Position numbers and translations under genes: made by a program. Under the pieces are notes generated by a model. That model saw only the letters and a program-made list of their open reading frames with translations. It did not search any database and was not told the origin of the DNA. Positions 49,203-57,545 of a DNA stretch of 64,000 nt are shown one piece after another. This DNA is from Sedimentisphaerales bacterium (lineage in GTDB: Bacteria; Planctomycetota; Phycisphaerae; Sedimentisphaerales; Anaerobacaceae), in the NCBI GenBank assembly GCA_040772485.1, contig JAXGYC010000007.1, positions 672,001 to 736,000 on the forward strand. The letters run 5' to 3'. Numbering within the stretch: position 1 is the first letter of the stretch; every line of letters begins with the position of its first letter.

Positions 49203-49565
49203 ATGAAGAAGTATGCCTTGCTGCTCCTGCTCGTTCTGGCGTTCAACGCGACCGCATGGGGATGTCATGTCGGGATGTATTACTCAAGCTCGTACATGAG
49301 CGTCAGTCACTGTTCGAACTGGGGCCTGTGTCCAGCCCCGTGTCCCAATCCAAACCCATGTCCGTGCCCGAATCCAAACCCGTGCCCGAACCCGTGCCCG
49401 AATCCGTGCCCGAATCCAAATCCGTGCCCGAACCCGTGCCCGAATCCAAATCCGTGCCCGAACCTGAACTGGCACTGGTCATGGCACTGGAGCAACTGCG
49501 GCTACATGTCCTACTATAGCTACAGTTGCGGCGGTGTGAACTACTGCAACGTGTGGGCGCAGTAG
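49203..49565 (+). CDS. Small secreted Cys/Pro/Asn-repeat protein B (120 aa)
   Basis: Strong SD; signal peptide MKKYALLLLLVLAFNATAWG; CPNP(NP) tandem repeats; aromatic/Ser-rich ends; 15 Cys. Confidence 0.82.
   Translation: MKKYALLLLLVLAFNATAWGCHVGMYYSSSYMSVSHCSNWGLCPAPCPNPNPCPCPNPNPCPNPCPNPCPNPNPCPNPCPNPNPCPNLNWHWSWHWSNCGYMSYYSYSCGGVNYCNVWAQ
49337..49464 (+). repeat. Coding tandem repeat with 12- and 18-bp units
   Basis: CCGTGCCCGAAY with or without CCAAAY, encoding PCPN / PCPNPN. Confidence 0.9.
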
Positions 49566-49899
49566 CCTCGTGCTACGAACACCATTGCCGACACCCGTCG
49601 GCAGCCATCAGAATCACATCCGGCCCGGCGGCGGCCCTCGGAGCGCCGCCGCCGGAGCCGGTCGCATGTGAAGTCTCGTTGCTGCTGGCGAGGAGACTCC
49701 ACCTGTCTTCCCAACGACGCCGCACGCCGCACCTCCAAGTCTTCTCGTATCCACACCTCCTCGATTCGTGGGCGCAGCAGTGAGAGAGGATCAGCGATGA
49801 TAGAGAACTGGCAATGCGCCCTTGAGGTGATGGGATCATCAAGGCTTCTCGGGGTACTTCGTTGCCCCAGGAGCAACGGCAAGCTTGCGTCCACCGCGC

Positions 49900-50973
49900 T
49901 CACGGCTTCTCGGCGGACCCGAAAACCCAGACGGTGTTCTTGCCCGACTGCTTGGCGCTGTAGAGAGCCCGGTCGGACCGACTGGTGATATCCTCAGGAT
50001 TGGCGTCGGCGCCATACTGACCTACACCAATGCTGATCGACAGCGGAATACGGACGCTCTGCCAGCACACGCAGGAACAGGCAACCGCGTCGACAATGCG
50101 CTGTGAGACCAGGATGGCCTCCTCCAATAAGGTATTCGGCAGGATGACACCAAACTCGTCGCCCCCGTAGCGCGCCGCCAGATCGATCTGACGGATGCAC
50201 TCCTTGATCCTGCGGCTGATCTCGCGGATGACCTTGTCGCCCGCCCGGTGGCCGTAGGTGTCGTTGATGGCCTTGAGGTTGTCGATGTCCGCCATGATCA
50301 TCGAGATCGTGCCGCCATAGCGACGCGACCGCCACAACTCCCGCTCCAGGGCTTCATAGAAGGTCCTGTGGTTCATCAACCCGGTCAGACCGTCCAGCAT
50401 GGCCTGACGCTGCATCTTCTCGAACAGCTTGATGTTGCCGATCGAGGCGCCGATCAACTGCCCCAGCAACTCGATCAGCGATATGTCTTCCCGGCCAAAC
50501 GAAGCAGGTTGGGCCTTGTCCGCCAGATTCAGGACGCCGACGACGCCGTCGTGACAGATCAGGGGCACGATCGCACAATTGGTCGTCGTGTAGTTTTCCG
50601 CAAATGCCCGTTGCGACTTCTTGATGATCGGTCTGTTGTACGTGTCGATGTCACCGGTCAGGATCAGTTCCTTGCTCTTGACGGCCACGACCATCGGCGA
50701 CGGCGGCGTCTGATTCAGGGACACGATCTTGTTGATGGGAAACGGATGGTTGCAGCGGACCAGATGGAGAATGTGGTTTGGCTCATCCAGCACATACAGT
50801 GACGCGAAAGTCGATCCTACGATCGCGGGAATCTTCGCGACGCAGGCATCTGCGATCCGGTCCATGTCCAGACTGTTGATCTGGCGTGCCAGCGGCGTGA
50901 CCAGCTCCAGCAAGGAGCGGCCGGACGAGGGAGCGTCCTTGTGCTCGTTCGATTGGTCGATTCGTCTGGTCAT
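49900..50973 (-). CDS. GAF-GGDEF diguanylate cyclase
   Basis: GAF (VPL...VGVLNLADK); DGLTGL, INDTYGH..GD, RQID I-site, RYGGDEF. Confidence 0.93.
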   Translation of the reverse strand: MTRRIDQSNEHKDAPSSGRSLLELVTPLARQINSLDMDRIADACVAKIPAIVGSTFASLYVLDEPNHILHLVRCNHPFPINKIVSLNQTPPSPMVVAVKSKELILTGDIDTYNRPIIKKSQRAFAENYTTTNCAIVPLICHDGVVGVLNLADKAQPASFGREDISLIELLGQLIGASIGNIKLFEKMQRQAMLDGLTGLMNHRTFYEALERELWRSRRYGGTISMIMADIDNLKAINDTYGHRAGDKVIREISRRIKECIRQIDLAARYGGDEFGVILPNTLLEEAILVSQRIVDAVACSCVCWQSVRIPLSISIGVGQYGADANPEDITSRSDRALYSAKQSGKNTVWVFGSAEKP

Positions 50974-51246
50974 GGGCGAACAACAGCACCCTGAGTCATC
51001 ACAGATTATGGCGTTTGCACCGACACTGCCTCTTATCGTCCAATCCCCGACAGCCTGTTTGGAGAAATCTCCAAATGGACTGCTGCCATGCCCCTGACGC
51101 GGAAATGCGCCGGTCCGGACGGCCTGCGAACCCGCATGTCCAAGTGTTATAGGGCTTTAGCGTGAGAACAGGTCCGGCGTCTGCCCAGGTCAATTGCGCC
51201 GCAAACGAGTCGCCCGAAGATTTTTCCGCAAAAATCTCAAAACCAG

Positions 51247-51290
51247 TTGACAGGCCGATAAAGGGTTTTTACATTTTGCAAAATGTAAAA
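51247..51290 (+). promoter_or_regulatory. Sigma70 promoter overlapped by a perfect 24-bp palindrome (putative operator)
   Basis: TTGACA(51247)-N17-TACATT(51270); TTTTACATTTTG|CAAAATGTAAAA at 51267-51290. Confidence 0.75.
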
Positions 51291-51558
51291 GGCGTTCTCT
51301 GCGGTCGCCGCAGACAGGTGCAAGGCGTTTGGCTGTGACATGGATGGTTGGTCAGGCGTGGACGTGGCGACGGCAGATGCCGCGACAGCGTGGGTCGTGT
51401 GTCTCGGGATGCTCCGGAGCGGGAGGCCACCTCGAAAGGATGGTTTGCCTGGTTCGGAATGTGTTTGTCTCTTTCGGGTGTGGTCTCATGGGTATGCGTG
51501 GTGAGAAAGATCTCTGTGCTGCCCCCGTCGTCGGGGCGCGATCGTGAGCTGGCAAAAG

Positions 51559-51918
51559 ATGGGTCAGAGGCTACAGGTTCCCGTCAAACGCTATCGTATC
51601 GGCGACTTGGTTCGCTATAGCCCCTTTTCCCGACAAACGATCCACAACTACACCATCATGGGACTCATTCGCGAGGCGGAATGGACCGAAGGCGGGCATC
51701 GCCTCTACGATGAATCGGTGTTCGATCGTCTCTCCCGGATCATGGAACTGCGAGAGAGCATGAGTCTCAGCGAGATTCGTCGCACGCTGAATGAAGAAGA
51801 GCGAACGCAGAGAGCTGTCCACTACGACGGCAGTTGCCGATCTCGGCCGATGGAGGCCCCCGGACCGGGCAACGCCACGCCCTCTGGAGAAGATTTCCTG
51901 TCGTCCGAAGCTACATAG
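51559..51918 (+). CDS. MerR-family HTH regulator, no obvious effector domain
   Basis: YRIGDL...SRQTIHNYTIMGLI...TEGGHRLY...MSLSEIR. Confidence 0.85.
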   Translation: MGQRLQVPVKRYRIGDLVRYSPFSRQTIHNYTIMGLIREAEWTEGGHRLYDESVFDRLSRIMELRESMSLSEIRRTLNEEERTQRAVHYDGSCRSRPMEAPGPGNATPSGEDFLSSEAT

Positions 51919-52206
51919 GCGTTTGTGATAAGCCGCGGCGCTCCGAGCACGCGTCTGTACCCCATGGAGGTTCGCCGCTTCATGGGGGTTGAAGGAAGAC
52001 CGAAAGGATCAAGGATGAGACATCCGGCTTCAGTGCGAGCAACACCGTTTCGTGTGCATTCCCTACTCACATGCGGATGCATTTCCGCGAATCCCCGCGA
52101 GCCTGCGACGGACAATGTCGGCTCCCATCAGACTCGTACGCATCAGCACACGTCGTGTGGCTGTGCGATTCGGACCGCGTGAGATCGTCTTGCCGAGGGA
52201 CTGCTC

Positions 52207-52698
52207 ATGGACCTGCTGTTTTCCATTCCCGACAATCTGGCGGAGTTGCTCGTGAAGATCCTGCGTTTCACGGAACTCCGTCGCGCCGTTTTGTACCAGA
52301 ACATGCACAATACGCGGACCGCGGGATACATGCCGCAGGATATGCCGGTGCTGGAGTTCGTCCACGCACTCAATGGCGCGATTGCCGAACACCTCCAGAA
52401 TCAACGCCTTCTGTTCTGCGATACGGAAAACATCAGGTTCGGTCCGAACAGCACCATGGAGATTCGTCCGCAACCGGACCCTCAGGCCAAGGCGCTGCTC
52501 GAACGGAACCGGGACGAATACATCGAGTTCCAGGTCGGCAAACTTCTTGAGAATTCGCTGAATCGGAAGATCGCCAAGGAACTGCTGGCTCTGAAATGCG
52601 GCACTCCGTGGAGCCTGACAGGGCTGCCCATCGCGGAGATCGCGGCTCCCGACAGCCCTTTTGAAGACTCGTCGACACCCCGTGAAACCACCGATTGA
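52207..52698 (+). CDS. Divergent FlgB-like (flagellar basal-body rod) protein
   Basis: LRRAVLYQNMHNTRTAGYMPQD resembles the FlgB pattern RQxVIAxNIANADTPGYKxxD; C-terminal KLLENSL...ELLALK. Confidence 0.6.
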   Translation: MDLLFSIPDNLAELLVKILRFTELRRAVLYQNMHNTRTAGYMPQDMPVLEFVHALNGAIAEHLQNQRLLFCDTENIRFGPNSTMEIRPQPDPQAKALLERNRDEYIEFQVGKLLENSLNRKIAKELLALKCGTPWSLTGLPIAEIAAPDSPFEDSSTPRETTD

Positions 52699-52708
52699 CT
52701 CAGAGGCA

Positions 52709-53566
52709 ATGCCCGTAATCATGGCCAATCAAGCGGTCAATGTGCAGCAGGCGCCGGTCGGCGACCGGGCGGTCGCCCGCGTCCTGGCCGTCACCAGTGG
52801 AAAAGGCGGAGTTGGCAAGACAAACATCGCCACCAACCTCGCCCTGTGCATGGCCGCCTCCGAGAAACGAGTCCTCCTTCTCGACGCGGACATCTCGCTG
52901 GGCAATCTGGATCTCCTGCTGAACATTCGCAGCAAGTACAATATCTCGCACGTGATCAACGGGTCCAAACGCGTCGAAGACATCATCCAACTCGGTCCCC
53001 TGGGTCTTCAGATCATCTGCGGCGCATCAGGCCTGGACCAGCTCGCCGACATCAGCGAATCGGAGCAGCATCGCCTGCTTCAGCATCTTTCCGGACTGCA
53101 ACATGCCAGCGACACGATCGTAATCGACACCGCCGCGGGGATTTCCAACTCGGTCGTCAGCTTCTGCCTCGCGGCCGATCATGTGCTGGTGGTCACCACG
53201 CCGGAAGTAACCGCCATGACCGACGCCTACGGCATGATCAAGGTCCTGGTCCGAAAGCGATTCGACGGTCCGATAAGCGTTGTGGTCAACATGGCGCAAA
53301 GCATTGCCGAAGGCCGGAGTATCTACCAGCGCCTGGCCGACGTGGCGGCCCGGTTCCTTCGGGTCGACCTCTACTACGCCGGGGTCCTTCTCAAGGATGA
53401 ACGTTTGTGTGCGGCCGTACGATCCCGTCAGCCGGTCGTACTGGCCTATCCGAAGTCCCAGATTGCCAGCTCGTTCAACACTCTGGCGGCTCGTCTGGGA
53501 GGAATCGATTGCCGCCGAGCCGACGGCGGAACGTTTTTCCGGAGAGTCTTTCGGTGGCTGACCTAA
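52709..53566 (+). CDS. flhG: FlhG/FleN (MinD/ParA family) ATPase
   Basis: AVTSGKGGVGKT, DAD..LGN, IDTAAG, TTPEVTAMTDAYGMIK; lies directly before fliA. Confidence 0.85.
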   Translation: MPVIMANQAVNVQQAPVGDRAVARVLAVTSGKGGVGKTNIATNLALCMAASEKRVLLLDADISLGNLDLLLNIRSKYNISHVINGSKRVEDIIQLGPLGLQIICGASGLDQLADISESEQHRLLQHLSGLQHASDTIVIDTAAGISNSVVSFCLAADHVLVVTTPEVTAMTDAYGMIKVLVRKRFDGPISVVVNMAQSIAEGRSIYQRLADVAARFLRVDLYYAGVLLKDERLCAAVRSRQPVVLAYPKSQIASSFNTLAARLGGIDCRRADGGTFFRRVFRWLT

Positions 53567-53590
53567 AGTCTCGGCCTCCAAGGCCGATAA
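53564..53590 (+). promoter_or_regulatory. Sigma28-type promoter upstream of fliA
   Basis: TAAAGTCT-N11-GCCGATAA, against the sigma28 consensus TAAAGTTT-N11-GCCGATAA. Confidence 0.8.
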
Positions 53591-53703
53591 TGACAGATGT
53601 GGGTATCGTCTTGACCGGCGGACCTCAGGAACCGACGCCGGCCCACAGGCTTCAGAGCACGACAAAAACGGATTGCGGCTGCGACATGTAACGGAGACAA
53701 CCT

Positions 53704-54501
53704 GTGAAGACACCATCAGCGACGAAGCCCGAGAAGAAGCTCAGCATCGAAAAGGTGTGGGAGCTGTTCCACGAGAGTCGTCAGGACTGCTATCGCAACC
53801 TCCTCATGGAGCACTACCGAGATCTGGTCAGGTACGCCGCCGAACGGCTTCACAGCAAGCTTCCGGACAAGGTGGAGCTGGACGATCTCGTCAGCGCCGG
53901 CATCTTCGGCCTGATGGATGCCATCGACGCATATGACCCCGCCCGGGGCGTGAAATTCGAAACCTATTGCGCGCCGCGCATCAAGGGCTCGATTCTCGAT
54001 GAGCTGCGAAGTATGGACTGGGTGCCCCGCTTGGTGCGCGCCCGCGCCCATCAACTGGCCCGGGCCACACACGCGCTCGAGATGCACCTCGGCCGCAAAC
54101 CCGACGAGAACGAGTTGGCGGAGGAATTGGACATGGAAATGGATGAGTTCATTCGTCTCCAGCGTGACGCCAATGCCGCCAGTCTCGTCTCCCTGAGCAC
54201 CAAGTGCGGCGATGGGGATGGAGAGAAGGACGTCTACGAAATCGATGTCATCAAGGACAACCGCAGCGAAGACCCCCTTCTCGAAGCCCAGAAGCGCGAC
54301 CTGAAGAACCTCCTGACGAAAGGACTGACCCGCGCCGAAAGGCTCATCATCGTCCTGTACTACTACGAGGAGATGACGATGAAGGAAATCGGCGCGACGC
54401 TGGACCTGTCCGAGTCTCGCGTCTCGCAGATGCACTCATCGATCGTCGCGAGGCTCAAGGCCCAGATGAACACCCGTAAGAAGGAGTTTGCGGTCGAGTA
54501 G
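53704..54501 (+). CDS. fliA: RNA polymerase sigma factor, FliA/WhiG family
   Basis: DDLVSAGIFGLMDAI, KFETY..PRIKGSILDELRSMDWVPR, YYYEEMTMKEIG..LDLSESRVSQMH. Confidence 0.93.
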   Translation: MKTPSATKPEKKLSIEKVWELFHESRQDCYRNLLMEHYRDLVRYAAERLHSKLPDKVELDDLVSAGIFGLMDAIDAYDPARGVKFETYCAPRIKGSILDELRSMDWVPRLVRARAHQLARATHALEMHLGRKPDENELAEELDMEMDEFIRLQRDANAASLVSLSTKCGDGDGEKDVYEIDVIKDNRSEDPLLEAQKRDLKNLLTKGLTRAERLIIVLYYYEEMTMKEIGATLDLSESRVSQMHSSIVARLKAQMNTRKKEFAVE

Positions 54502-54657
54502 AGCCGCAACGCCGAGCGACGGGACCGTCTGTTGCGGCCTTGCGATTCGCAGGCAACCTCGCCAAATCAAGTTTGTGCTCCGCGCGGCAGACTTGTGCGT
54601 TCCTCCCATACGTACGCCGCTTGCTCTTTGTCTGCGGGGATCACTTCCGGAGAGAAG

Positions 54658-54742
54658 TGCCCGGGACTGGATTCGAACCAGCACGGGCCGAAGCCCACCA
54701 GCCCCTCAAGCTGGCGCGTCTGCCAAATTCCGCCACCCGGGC
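54658..54742 (-). tRNA. tRNA-Leu, anticodon GAG (CCA not encoded)
   Basis: Reverse complement GCCCGGGTGGCGGAATTTGGCAGACGCGCCAGCTTGAGGGGCTGGTGGGCTTCGGCCCGTGCTGGTTCGAATCCAGTCCCGGGCA, with a long variable arm. Confidence 0.97.
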
Positions 54743-54839
54743 AACAAGAACTCGATTATCCCTGCCGGCTGGACGATTGTCAACCGCGATTCGCACGGAA
54801 TGCGAAAAATGGGCGAAGGTCCGCGCCGACAGTCAGGAG

Positions 54840-55538
54840 CTACACGCCGCGACGGTCGCTCCACAGCAGCACGTGCAGGCGATGTCCGAAGCGATACCCT
54901 GTTTCCATGCACAGATGGGCAATCGCCGGGGCCCGTGCCAAGAACTCCTGCGTGGTTGCGGCCTGAGGCATCAGCAGAATGCGATCCGCCGAAACAAGCG
55001 GCAAACCGTCCACCAGCAGGCGAACCTCCTGAACATCGTCTGCGGTTTCGACCACAAACTTGAGCTGGCTGGGATATGCCTGGATCAGAGCGGCCAGGGC
55101 TTCGACGTCGAGCCGCTGCCTTTCATGGGACTCCCGGACAGCAGGGTCCAGGGGAACCGAATTGGCCATTTTGGGACTAAGGCTCATCAGATCGCACGCC
55201 AGATCGGGGACGAAAATCCCCCCTGCCGTCTCGATCGTCACGTGCATTCCATCGGCTCGCAGGCGATGCGTCAACTCCACCAGATCTTCTCTGGCCGCGA
55301 GATCCGGCCCGACCATCGGCTCGCCCCCGGTGATCACGACGTGGCCGCAGGAATGCCGCCCGACCGCCTCGACCAAGTCTGTCAGGCCATACTCCCGGCC
55401 AACTGAGAAATCCCACGCGTACTTCGTATCGCACCAGCGACATCGCAGAGGGCATCCCGCCAGCCGGACAAACACGCTCGGTGTCCCGCTGAGGATACCC
55501 TCGCCCTGCAAAGAATGGAATATCTCCGTTACGCGCAT
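54840..55538 (-). CDS. queE: 7-carboxy-7-deazaguanine synthase (radical SAM)
   Basis: EIFHSLQGEG, CPLRCRWCDT, ITGGEP, LSPK, RLH. Confidence 0.93.
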   Translation of the reverse strand: MRVTEIFHSLQGEGILSGTPSVFVRLAGCPLRCRWCDTKYAWDFSVGREYGLTDLVEAVGRHSCGHVVITGGEPMVGPDLAAREDLVELTHRLRADGMHVTIETAGGIFVPDLACDLMSLSPKMANSVPLDPAVRESHERQRLDVEALAALIQAYPSQLKFVVETADDVQEVRLLVDGLPLVSADRILLMPQAATTQEFLARAPAIAHLCMETGYRFGHRLHVLLWSDRRGV

Positions 55539-55549
55539 GAGAAACCCTT

Positions 55550-56254
55550 CTATCGGTCAGGGGAAACATAGGCGACCGGATCGATCAGCCCCGCCTCGGC
55601 AAAACCCTTCAATCGCAGCCGGCAGGAATCGCACCGGCCGCAGCTTCGCCCCTGGGCGTCCGGATCGTAGCAACTGTGCGTCAGAGCGTAATCGACCCGC
55701 AGTCGCGTTCCCATCCGGATGATCTGGGCTTTGGTCATCTCGATGATGGGCGTACGAATGCGGTACCGGCCCTTTCCCTCGACCGCCGCGGCAGTGGCCA
55801 AGTTGGCCATCGCTTCATAGGCGGCGATAAACTCGGCCCGGCAGTCGGGGTATCCGCTGTAATCGGTCGAATTGACGCCGATGAACAGATCGAACGCGCC
55901 AAGCACCTCCGCCCAAGCCAGAGCATAGCTGAGGAAGATCGTGTTTCTCGCCGGCACGTATGTCACGGGGATGTCTGTGGCCTTCCCGAGTGCTTCGCGA
56001 TCCTTGGGCACCTCGATACGACTGTCGGTCAGAGCCGAGCCGCCAAAGGCCGCCAGGTCGATCTCCACCACGCGTTGCTCAACGGCCCCGAGCGACTCGC
56101 AGACCCTCCGGGCGGCCTCGGTCTCCCGTCGGTGACGCTGTCCGTACAGGAACGTCAGGGCGTAGCAGGCGTACCCCTCGTGCCGGGCGATCGCCAGCGT
56201 CGTGGCCGAATCCAATCCCCCGCTCACCAACACAATGGCCTTGTTCTTCTCCAC
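55550..56254 (-). CDS. queC: 7-cyano-7-deazaguanine synthase
   Basis: SGGLDS, YGQRH, YVPARN, YPDCR, SCY...CGRCDSC; GTG start 56254. Confidence 0.95.
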   Translation of the reverse strand: MEKNKAIVLVSGGLDSATTLAIARHEGYACYALTFLYGQRHRRETEAARRVCESLGAVEQRVVEIDLAAFGGSALTDSRIEVPKDREALGKATDIPVTYVPARNTIFLSYALAWAEVLGAFDLFIGVNSTDYSGYPDCRAEFIAAYEAMANLATAAAVEGKGRYRIRTPIIEMTKAQIIRMGTRLRVDYALTHSCYDPDAQGRSCGRCDSCRLRLKGFAEAGLIDPVAYVSPDR

Positions 56255-56475
56255 AGCCTGCTCTCCTGAGATCACCATCGGGGCGTCGAGGCGTCCCGGC
56301 GGCCGCCCTGCTCGGATGGATCGACCGGCCATGGTATCGCGTCCGTCCGGCCCTGTCAAAGGGCGCGGCACGCAGCACCGACAGGCCGTTTCTGCCCTAT
56401 CCGAGCCGATTCTCACTTGTCACATTCGCACCCGTGCGCTATACTGGCAGGCAGAAACGCAACAAGGATCAGGGC

Positions 56476-56829
56476 ATGAGTGAACCCGGCACAATCGAGA
56501 TGTTCGACAACCCGCGTCCCGGACGCGACTACCGGATTACCATCCGTTGTCCCGAGTTCACCAGCGTCTGCCCGAAGACGGGCCAGCCGGACTTCGGAGA
56601 GATTCTCGTGGAGTACTGCCCCGACCAGCGCTGCATCGAGCTGAAGAGCCTCAAGTTCTATTTGCAGGGCTACCGGAACCGGGGCATCTTCTATGAGTCC
56701 CTGACGAACGACATTCTGGACGATCTGAGCGGCGCGTGCAAACCGCGATGGATGAAGGTGACGGCCCGCTTCACACCGCGGGGCGGCATCACCACCGATG
56801 TCGCGGCCGAATACCATGCGCAGGGTTAA
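56476..56829 (+). CDS. queF: PreQ0 nitrile reductase
   Basis: [29 protein letters not shown]. Confidence 0.95.
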   Translation: MSEPGTIEMFDNPRPGRDYRITIRCPEFTSVCPKTGQPDFGEILVEYCPDQRCIELKSLKFYLQGYRNRGIFYESLTNDILDDLSGACKPRWMKVTARFTPRGGITTDVAAEYHAQG

Positions 56830-56850
56830 TCGCTTCATGTGAGGTCTGAC

Positions 56851-57354
56851 ATGTCCATCAAGTTTCACTGCGAGCACTGCGGCAAGAAGATCGATGCCCC
56901 CGACACCGCCGGCGGCAAGTGGGGCAAGTGTCCCGCCTGCCACAACAAGGTCTACGTCCCCCAGCCGGAGACCGAGGAGGAGGAGCTGAAACTGGCGCCG
57001 ATCGATGAGACGGAAGAAGAACGCCAGAAACGGCTCCTGGCCGAGACGTTCCAACTGACGCAGAGCATCCTCCAGGAGAAAGAGATTCCCGATGCCGGCG
57101 GGCACGCCCAACCGACGCAGGACATCAGCAGCGAGAAGATGATTGAGGCCATTGTCCGCTATCTGCGTCAGATGGCCGACGGCGACCTGGACAGCGCGCA
57201 GCGGACCGCCGAGACCATCGCCGGCAACCGCCGCAAGGCCAAAGAGATCCTCGATCAGATGTCCACCAGCGATCCGCCCGATCCGGCCCTTCATGACATC
57301 CCGCGGCAGGTGCTTTCCGGCCTGATTCGCAATCTGCGAACGCGCCTCAGTTAG
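56851..57354 (+). CDS. Hypothetical protein with N-terminal zinc ribbon
   Basis: CEHCGKKI...AGGKWGKCPAC. Confidence 0.75.
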   Translation: MSIKFHCEHCGKKIDAPDTAGGKWGKCPACHNKVYVPQPETEEEELKLAPIDETEEERQKRLLAETFQLTQSILQEKEIPDAGGHAQPTQDISSEKMIEAIVRYLRQMADGDLDSAQRTAETIAGNRRKAKEILDQMSTSDPPDPALHDIPRQVLSGLIRNLRTRLS

Positions 57355-57545
57355 CACAACCTCCGGCCATCATCTGCGTCCGAAAAACGTGCCGCTCGAC
57401 ATGGAGTCTGCCGCGCTTTTCCGGGCCATTTCTCTCCCGCCCTGCGCCGGCGGCGCTGTTTGGCACACCCTCTCCCGTGGCGTACATTTTAAGTGTGGAT
57501 TCACGCACTCGGATCGACGTACGTTGACGCTTGGGGAGACCTCAC

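Noticed and set aside
49337..49464. CRISPR-like array
   Set aside because: Units are 12 or 18 bp, contiguous, without unique spacers, and in frame within a protein; no cas genes are present.
49307..49495. Minus-strand (GHGF)n ORF
   Set aside because: Reverse complement of the PCPN repeat; the plus strand has the SD and signal peptide.
48436..49565. RiPP precursor interpretation of the Cys-rich proteins
   Set aside because: They have Sec-type signal peptides rather than RiPP leaders, and no modifying enzyme or peptide transporter is adjacent.
56255..56475. preQ1 riboswitch between queC and queF, or a 7-deazaguanine DNA-modification system
   Set aside because: No preQ1 consensus seen and no dpdA/tgt-like gene nearby; ordinary queuosine synthesis is the simplest reading.
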